Of a stretch of 6,666 bases of DNA, positions 1 to 6,313 are shown in pieces. The translations under genes were made by a program, and so were the position numbers. A model generated the notes under the pieces. The model saw only the letters and a program-made list of their open reading frames with translations. It had not been told where the DNA came from and did not search any database. The stretch lies in assembly GCA_905250005.1 (NCBI GenBank), contig CAJNOH010000254.1:110345-117010 (forward strand), in the 5' to 3' direction. The stretch comes from Rotaria sordida. Lineage: Eukaryota. Each line of letters opens with the position of its first letter. Position 1 is the stretch's first letter.

Positions 1-49
1 TAAAATAATTAAAAACGGGCTTATATTTGGATATCTTCATGATCAAAAT

Positions 50-296
50 TTTGTTTTCAAACAAAATGCATGTGATATGCAAAATTAACATAACGGCATC
101 GAATGACATAGATTTTATTACAAAATATTTTTCACCGAAATTTGATCCCTACTTCTCCGATCGCTTACACAGAGTGGTTTCGTCGCGGTGCTTGCTCGGA
201 TCAAATTTCGGTGAAAAATATTTTGTAATAAAATCTATGTCATTCGATTCCATTATGCTAATTTTGCATATCACATGCATTTTATTTGAAAACAAA
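50..296. repeat. Long near-perfect inverted repeat (foldback hairpin). Arms 50-148 and 198-296 are 99 nt each, with a 49-nt spacer at 149-197. MITE-like or foldback-transposon-like, non-coding.
   Basis: I reverse-complemented 50-148 by hand and aligned it to 198-296. It matches at 95 of 99 positions, with 4 substitutions in the tcgatKccRttatgYta and cattttRtttg segments. Pairing stops abruptly at 49/297 and 149/197. No clear target-site duplication is visible. The inverted repeat is certain; the mobile-element reading is only about 0.4. Confidence 0.9.
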
Positions 297-329
297 CTCA
301 CGTTGCGAAAATCGGATCAGTTTTAGCAA

Positions 330-347
330 TAAACCGCGGTTTACCGC
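330..347. repeat. CCGCGG-core palindromic motif, copy 1: TAAACCGCGGTTTACCGC, with a 14-bp perfect palindrome at 330-343.
   Basis: taaaccgcggttta equals its own reverse complement. It is a GC-rich island in otherwise very AT-rich sequence. It recurs at 779-796 and, as a shorter core, at 810-822. Confidence 0.8.
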
Positions 348-778
348 TATTATTTTCGATGGAGAGAAGGTGATGAATGAGTATAGAACGAAAAATAACA
401 TGTATATACACAGGTGCTAGCTAATCTTTTGTTCATTTTGCTTGCTCGCATGGTTAGATAAAATGATGAAGTAATTAATAAGAGGCGTAGTAAAGCTTTA
501 AGTATTTTTACACATAATTTTGTCATAACTATTTTATTTTTAAAAAATAAATGTTTTTAACATGTATGGTTTTTTAATAATATTTTAATATTTAATTCTC
601 TTTTAGATTAATTTTTTTTACATTTGATTTTTTAGATTACATGTTTAAAATTTTTCGTTTGTCACTATGTACAATTTTGTTTTATTTACTTTTTTTTTTG
701 AAATAAATTTGTTTAACTGAAAAATAAGTGTTAAATTTAAAACAAATATTGACGAAACGAAGGTTCGAACCATGCCAT

Positions 779-796
779 TAAACTGCGGTTTACCTC
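779..796. repeat. CCGCGG-core motif, copy 2: TAAACTGCGGTTTACCTC, 16/18 identical to 330-347 in direct orientation.
   Basis: Direct comparison with copy 1. One C>T change breaks the palindrome and there is one further mismatch near the 3' end. The copies lie 449 bp apart and flank an extremely AT-rich block. Confidence 0.75.
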
Positions 797-809
797 GGTA
801 TACCGGACG

Positions 810-822
810 AAACCGCGGTTAA
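810..822. repeat. CCGCGG-core motif, copy 3: AAACCGCGGTTAA, with a 10-bp perfect palindrome at 811-820.
   Basis: It shares AAACCGCGGTT with copy 1. It sits inside a run of five CGGT(T/A)(T/A) motifs starting at 786, 796, 816, 827 and 853. Confidence 0.7.
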
Positions 823-3200
823 TCGTCGGTTTTTGCCCAATTTTTATCAGATCGGTATAATTCACTAACGATAAATAAAGAAAGATGCCCAACATGAATA
901 GTCGGAATTGCCTACAATACCCATCAAGTCTAGTCTGAAACGTCTTGCATACCTATCATGACTAATGATCCGTTGGAGAAAAGTCCCTCAAGCAGATCTG
1001 AACTAGTTCAGAATGTTCCTGAACCTATTCATATACAGTTTATTTTGTCCGTCGACTCTATCCAGACTAGTCAGAAGACTAGAAAAGAAGATGAAAGGTG
1101 AATTCGAACACTCTACCCGACAATATTTATCTCGTAATGAGGAATGCTAGTTTATATATTTGAAAATTCTTAGCTGTTCTAAATTACAAAAAAAAAACTT
1201 ACCAAATAATTTAAATCTTTTTATGTCATAATTTTATATTATTTTATTTTCGATATAAATTCTAATAAGCTGAAATTCAAGATTCAATTTAAATTAAAAT
1301 AAAAGAATCTATAACTGTTAGTTGGAGATACAATCATTTAAATTTAAAATAAAAACTACAATATGAAAAATTTTGTTTCTTAAAAGTATAAATAGTTTTT
1401 TTTGTTGTTGCATTTAAAATTTATTTTTTTTAATGTAACTAATTACTCCTAGGTAATTCTATTCGATGATGTTATACATCAACAAATCATTTGTACTTTC
1501 AATTGTGATGTCAAAAGTATCGATGCTGCTTTCTTACGCGATGGTCAACTTGTCATTGAACATCGGATTGATGAACTCAGTGTAGAGAATGCTCGTTGTT
1601 TGTATATGTGTAGAATTGGTTATACCTGACCAATGGTGACGACAACATTCACGAACCAACATTCATATTTGAAATATATGCGTGAAATCATCTAATAAAG
1701 CTAAAAACAAGAGAACAAAATGTCTTACACAATATACGAAAATAATGTTACTAGAGTTATACGAGAAGAGTCTTATTCAGAGCCTCTCTTAAGAGACATC
1801 TACTGAATATTTCTTTTTTAATTATGAATATTAACTCAATTTGATGCTATTAATAATCAAGAATAAACGACTCCTTTATAGATAGCCTTTTCATCAAAAA
1901 TATGAGGTGCAAAGTACAGTATAAGTATCTACAAAAACAATGTATTTTTCAATCGATTGTTGTTTTTTGAATGCTAGTTAGAAAAGTTTGTTTTCTGTTA
2001 TGATATTGTAATAAGATGTTCTATGTATTTATAACATTATTAATTATTTATTCATGACTAATTTTAAGTGACATGAATAAAACTGAAAGGTTCTGTTGAA
2101 AAGTACTTTTATATAAAAAAAGTATCCTTGATCAAATTTACCCGTATCGAATAGTGATCTGCAACATAGTAGGAATGCTATTTTCCAAAGTATATTCTTA
2201 TACAGATATTAGTTTGAGAAAAACATTATAATGAAAAAAAACTGGAGCGTTAACTATTATAAATTAATCAAAGAGACTTTTTGCTTCAGATAAAATTGAA
2301 TCATATATGGAATGAAAGTACTTGTCAAAGATATCTTTGTCTTTAAAAATACGAATGAACATTTTCTTGTCTTACTCATTCGATAAATTTTCTCAAAATT
2401 TACGATACTATTGTAATTTCTCTTGGCCAGACAACATTGTCATTGTATATAAAAACTAGTGAACAAGTCGATATCAAAGATGTGCACCATAGCTTAAAAT
2501 TGCAACACGGAAAACGACGACAATCCACAGAAAGAAGTGAAAGCGATCATTACCCACGATGTTCTTAAGAGTCAACGCTATTGCATCTGCCAGTAACTGA
2601 AACTTTGTTTTTCATTAATTTTATCCTTATGTTTGGTGTTCTATAATATTTCTCGATAAGTGCTACTTCAGTTTTGAATGCTCCTTTAAGAATAACTACA
2701 TAGAGTTGAAAATACCTCGAAATAATATTCAATTAAGCAAGATGTAACCAGATATAAGTATACATATAAGATGTTCGTTTCTATCCTAACTAATGTTATA
2801 ACTAAATTTCCAGAAAGTTCGTTTCAATATGAATATAAATAGAATTCTTGTCAAACTGTGATTCACTCATTTTTGAGTTAGATCAATTTGTTATCAGAAT
2901 GATCGTTGATCAACATTGAATGCGATTTTCAATTATAAATTTAACAAATGACGATGAAGGATAGTTAGAATATAAATGGTATATCATATAGTGTAGGGTA
3001 AGTTTGAGTTTGTATCTTCTCCTGCACGCACTCATACCCTATCCCTCACGAAATTTTCAACAAACTGGTGATATCGACAATAGAGAAAGGCAAACGATAC
3101 TTTTCTTTTTTACATTCAACTTTTCTGTTATTATTTCGAAGAAAGTTTTATAGCAATCACGTTATTGATGATACGTGCCTTGTATGATCTTCACCTTGGA

Positions 3201-3218
3201 TGTGGGTGTGGGTGAGGA
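3201..3218 (+). repeat. Short telomere-like tract: TGTGGG TGTGGG TGAGGA.
   Basis: Two exact tandem TGTGGG hexamers plus one degenerate unit, read directly at 3201-3218. This G-rich 12-mer is very unlikely by chance in sequence this AT-rich. Identifying it with a telomeric repeat rests on my recollection of bdelloid rotifer telomeres. Confidence 0.5.
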
Positions 3219-4205
3219 CGGTGCGAATACTGACATCCACACATCTACATTCATCCTTAAGCTCAAAGATTTATTTTCAAAGATTTCTAAGAGAAGAAGC
3301 AAAAAAATAACACTAAATGAAACCATGAATTGCCATAATATCATCTTATAAAATCAAGTCAACAATTTTCATATGCTGATGAATTTTAAGATAATTACAT
3401 ACACTAACTTATCTCCATGAGAGACTTTATGTACAAAATGTAATCATAATAGTTTTCTCGATTATTAAAAAGTGATAAACATTTTAGAATGAAACAATTC
3501 ATTAACAAAACAATTTTACCACCATAAATACATTTTGTCACTGTATATATCACGTTTTATTTTCGTAAAATAGACATCGAATAGTTTCTCTAATGGAATA
3601 AAATTCTTCAGTATATCGAATTCTTTATCAAACATATTTTTGATCCATAATGAAAATAAATTATTCATAATGTAATTATTTTTCAAGATTAAAAATAATA
3701 AAACTACTAATTTTCATTGTGAGATATTGTAATCGAGGACATAAATTAACAAAGAATTTTGTTATTTCCAAACTCACACTCACAATCACACCCTGGTTTC
3801 AAAATCAAGATGATCCAATATTCAGTAAAGTAATTGAACCGGCAGCGTATTGAGTGACGGTCGGATCTTTGCGTCTATCGTCAACATATGTTTGCTCACC
3901 AACTGAAAAGAAAACGGAAGCTACATCCGTAGAACATGTGTTTTTTTTCTCGAACGCACAATATTATCGCCGTCAAATCAATATTTACCTATACTTTTCA
4001 TTACTTCCGAGGAATGATTTATACCCAAATATGATCATTTCCAAATCCATCTGGTATGTAACTGCTTAGTTTTTGTGTCTATTCTTCTTTCGTCTTCGTT
4101 GTTTTGATCGTTCGATCATAGATAATCTCATTATAGGCAAATTCATTTTATGGTGATTATTGCAAGGTAGAATCATTCATATTTCAGAGTGAGAGTATTT
4201 TTTTT

Positions 4206-4229
4206 GGGGAGGGGGAAGGGAAGGAGGAA
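4206..4229 (+). repeat. 24-nt homopurine tract with G-runs (GGGGAGGGGGAAGGGAAGGAGGAA), preceded by T8 at 4198-4205.
   Basis: Read directly. The G-runs are 4, 5, 3 and 2 long. A partly complementary pyrimidine segment, ttccttcct, lies at 4245-4253. Confidence 0.8.
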
Positions 4230-4673
4230 TTTATTGTTGGAATTTTCCTTCCTAGTATCTTCCATATTCAACTTCTACATGTCAATATGAATTATGAAAA
4301 CGTTTTTAAAAAGGACGTAGTGCATGCTCAACGATCAAGACTCGAATAAAACTATACATCGATTTGTATGTTCTAATTAAGAATTTATTTCTTGATTAAA
4401 TGAATAAATGATAAGTAAGAGAAGTGCAACCCAAATATAGAAGTTTTACCTGTTCGGACTCAGTTAGTTTAACTACGTGAACTCCCTGGCAATAATCGTA
4501 TTGACTTATTGCATGACTTCTTTTAATAATGACGATAGATTCGCTTGATTCTCTTTTTTTCACCTATTGCGAAGATTACTCCAAAATTTTCAATCAAAAT
4601 ATACCTTAAGAGTGAGAATTAAGAGAAGGCCATCATCCTCACCCCAGCCTTAACATTTGAGAGATACAAAAAC

Positions 4674-4679
4674 TTTATT
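4674..4679 (-). terminator. Candidate polyadenylation signal (AATAAA on the minus strand) for the glycosidase-like gene.
   Basis: The plus strand reads tttatt at 4674-4679. This is the first AATAAA on the minus strand downstream of the TAA stop at 4765-4763, about 85 nt away. No transcript evidence is available. Confidence 0.35.
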
Positions 4680-4762
4680 CTTCTACAAGAAAAAAATCCG
4701 AAAATTTTTTGGATTAGTTATTTGATTCGTTTTTGAAGCACTTGTATATATAGAGGTTCTGA

Positions 4763-5090
4763 TTAACAGTACAATGGAAGTATCTTCGATAAAGCATCAA
4801 CGTAGAAAGTACCATTTCCTAGCGTAGGAATAAGAGGAGCACCATTTTCGCTATTTTCGTTCCATGCATAGACGAGTATCGTCTGCGCCTCAGCTGTCTC
4901 ATTATATTGACAAGTAAAGTTGATCGCTGTCTTAAAGAATTGTTGCAATTCTTCGCCAGTAGGTTGAAAATAATGCTCTGGTCCTTCAATGAGCCATGGC
5001 ACAGGATTTTCATAGCGTGGCCGGGCATCCCAACCAGTAGGAACGATCGGTACCATTTTTGCTTGGACGTCATGAGCAGATTGCCACCAT
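4763..5090 (-). CDS. Exon 4 (terminal) of a secreted WbsX-like/GH-like TIM-barrel protein. Encodes (Q)WWQSAHDVQAKMVPIVPTGWDARPRYENPVPW...AWNENSENGAPLIPTLGNGTFYVDALSKILPLYC*.
   Basis: The acceptor gataatAG|A has its AG at 5092-5091. Joining the 2-nt carry-over from exon 3 restores the frame of track ORF 4763..5056 exactly, with 11 stop-free codons upstream of that ORF's Met. The stop codon TAA is at 4765-4763. This exon contains the GWDxRPR and AWNExxExG blocks. Confidence 0.85.
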
Positions 5091-5142
5091 CTATTATCAT
5101 ATCAGTTCGTTAGAATATTTTTACGAAATGCACACAACTTAC
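5091..5142 (-). other. Spliceosomal intron 3 (52 nt, GT-AG).
   Basis: The minus strand reads CA|GTAAGTtgtgtgcatttcgtaaaaatattCTAACgaactgatatgataatAG|A. It has a consensus GTAAGT donor and a CTAAC branch-like motif, and removing it restores the frame. Confidence 0.8.
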
Positions 5143-5180
5143 TGTTGAGCAGTATGAACTAGGTCGATGAACGGTGAGCC
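5143..5180 (-). CDS. Exon 3 (38 nt) encoding GSPFIDLVHTAQ plus 2 nt of a split Gln codon.
   Basis: It is bounded by the acceptor ttgatttcAG|G (AG at 5182-5181) and the donor CA|GTAAGT (GT at 5142-5141). It is stop-free only in the frame dictated by exon 2. An in-frame TAA follows immediately if the donor is not used. Confidence 0.75.
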
Positions 5181-5232
5181 CTGAAATCAATGAAATGCTT
5201 TAGTCTATATTGTTATAGATCAATATGTCTAC
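5181..5232 (-). other. Spliceosomal intron 2 (52 nt, GT-AG).
   Basis: The minus strand reads GAG|GTAGACatattgatctataacaatatagactaaagcatttcattgatttcAG|G. I counted 52 nt by hand. It is a phase 0 intron. Confidence 0.8.
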
Positions 5233-5351
5233 CTCGATGGTTCCACCGGGTAAAGCGTACATCGAAATTGCGTCGAATCCGAGAAGGGCGGCATGAGCTT
5301 GCACAGTTGGAACTTGAAAGTCCATCAAAACCATGTATGGATTTTGTAGTC
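5233..5351 (-). CDS. Exon 2 (119 nt) encoding (G)LQNPYMVLMDFQVPTVQAHAALLGFDAISMYALPGGTIE.
   Basis: The acceptor ttaccatAG|G has its AG at 5353-5352. With the 1-nt carry-over from exon 1 it reads 40 stop-free codons in an AT-rich background. The donor GAG|GTAGAC has its GT at 5232-5231. G+C is visibly higher than in the flanking introns. Confidence 0.8.
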
Positions 5352-5601
5352 CTATGGTAAAAAGACAAATAAGCTATATGTATCATCAATGGTCAGATAG
5401 AGCATGTTTCATTTTTCCTATCAGAAGAACTATTTTTTTTTACTGATACTACAGCAATAATAATAATAATAGAGAAGCAAATTCTGTATCGTAAGGTATT
5501 CTTTCTCACAGTTGTTGAGTATGTTATAATCCTATCAGAATTCCATATATATTACTCAGTCTGTTTCCAAGTCTAATTATGCCCATACTATTACAATTCA
5601 C
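5352..5601 (-). other. Spliceosomal intron 1 (250 nt, GT-AG), containing an (AAT)5 microsatellite and an internal 11-mer direct repeat.
   Basis: The donor is CGAG|GTGAAT and the acceptor is ttaccatAG|G. All three minus-strand frames of the interior have stops, and I found no alternative internal exon that keeps the frame. The boundary choice is the least certain part of the gene model. Confidence 0.65.
5456..5470. repeat. (AAT)5 microsatellite inside intron 1.
   Basis: Read directly: aataataataataat. Confidence 0.9.
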
Positions 5602-6277
5602 CTCGATTTATGGCCATCTGTCGAAACCTATTAAATACTTCTCTACTTCCAGACCATCCACCTCCACAAAGATTGGCTTCTGCATCGTCGAATTGAAATA
5701 AATACAGAAGTGGACGACCTCCTAATACAGTTTGAAATTGAGGATGTACCATGAGTTCAAGATAACTCTCTTGAAAAGCAGAATCACATGGAGAAGAACC
5801 TAACAAGAGAAGAGTGAACTTGATTAGAGAGTTATATTGACTCGAAAGGTATCGATGTAAGCCGTATGCAGGATTTCGAGGACAATATTGATTTGCGATC
5901 TGTAAATATTCAGCACAAAATGTCGAGTTGGTAGTACAGTTGGGCCCATATGTACAATATGTATCGAAAGCCCAATAGTCGAGACCTGCATGTTTCGCAT
6001 AGAGTATCTCTTGATCCATTACACTCTGCAGATCTGCATTGTACGAAGTGTTCGTAGGAGAGAGAACTGTTGCAAAAAACGGTAGCCGATAATGGAACTT
6101 TTCAGGACTTAAACATCGATGAGAATAGAAGGAGATGGGATCGTATTGGCCGTCGAACAAATTCCAGGCATCCCAGCGGATGACTCCAACTGTTGGATGA
6201 GTGTCTTGATTGGCTTGAGAAGCGGTGAAAAACAACAAAAGCAATATTATATGGAAGAATTCAAAACAGTGTACCAT
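5602..6277 (-). CDS. Exon 1 of the secreted WbsX-like/GH-like protein, covering aa 1-225 plus 1 nt. It starts MVHCFEFFHIILLLLFFTASQANQDTHPTVGVIRWDAW...
   Basis: This is the longest ORF in the window (track ORF 5591..6337). The first in-frame ATG is at 6277-6275, because the track's initiator at 6337 is a GTG codon. The 3' end is set at the donor AG|GTGAAT (GT at 5601-5600), since the unspliced read-through ends after only 3 more codons (GEL*). The exon is rich in Cys and N-X-S/T sequons, as expected for a secreted protein. Confidence 0.85.
6212..6277 (-). other. Predicted signal peptide (aa 1-22, MVHCFEFFHIILLLLFFTASQA | NQ).
   Basis: A hydrophobic core, IILLLLFF, is followed by a small-residue S-Q-A motif. 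Six N-X-S/T sequons downstream are consistent with entry into the secretory pathway. I judged this by eye and ran no predictor. Confidence 0.6.
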
Positions 6278-6313
6278 CTGAAATGTTGTTGTATATCTCG
6301 AGAAGATGAATGC

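Noticed and set aside
27-326. Track ORF of 99 aa on the plus strand.
   Set aside because: It starts at a TTG codon and simply reads through the 50-296 foldback, so the two halves derive from complementary arms. The sequence is low-complexity and has no recognisable domain. I treat it as an artefact of the palindrome.
761-777. GGTTCGAACC, resembling a tRNA T-arm/T-loop.
   Set aside because: The roughly 60 nt upstream are almost pure A/T and cannot form acceptor, D or anticodon stems. The motif is itself a palindrome with no 7-nt loop. It is not a tRNA or an obvious tRNA-derived SINE.
997-1024. A 16-bp perfect palindrome, tctgaactagttcaga (997-1012), plus a third CTGAAC half-site at 1019-1024.
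   Set aside because: By my rough estimate, a palindrome with 8-bp arms is expected on the order of once per few windows of this size and composition. It has no supporting context, so I note it only as a possible binding site.
1142-1980. A shared 11-mer, gaatgctagtt, at 1142-1152 and 1969-1979, along with various 10-14-bp AT-rich palindromes (for example caaagatatctttg at 2330-2343 and tctcttaagaga at about 1785-1796).
   Set aside because: Exact matches and palindromes of this length are expected many times by chance in about 6.7 kb of AT-rich sequence. The flanks show no extended similarity.
3162-3344. Track ORF of 60 aa on the minus strand (MILWQFMVSF...PSSPTPTSKV...).
   Set aside because: It is isolated and barely above the length expected by chance. 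Its Pro/Ser/Thr stretch is just the translation of the telomere-like CCCACA repeat. It has no splice partners and no recognisable motif.
3854-4069. Track ORF of 71 aa on the plus strand, and possible minus-strand exons in the same patch (ATG at about 4050 with an AG|GTAAAT donor, and a ttttcttttcAG acceptor at about 3897).
   Set aside because: The plus ORF starts at GTG and looks like random low-complexity sequence. Joining the minus-strand donor and acceptor candidates hits a stop within 3 codons in every combination I tried.
4819-5113. Track ORFs 4819..5100 (-) and 4907..5113 (+), which overlap exon 4.
   Set aside because: These are shadow ORFs in alternative frames or on the antisense strand of a real coding exon. 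Both cross the well-supported intron 3 acceptor, and neither links to other exons.
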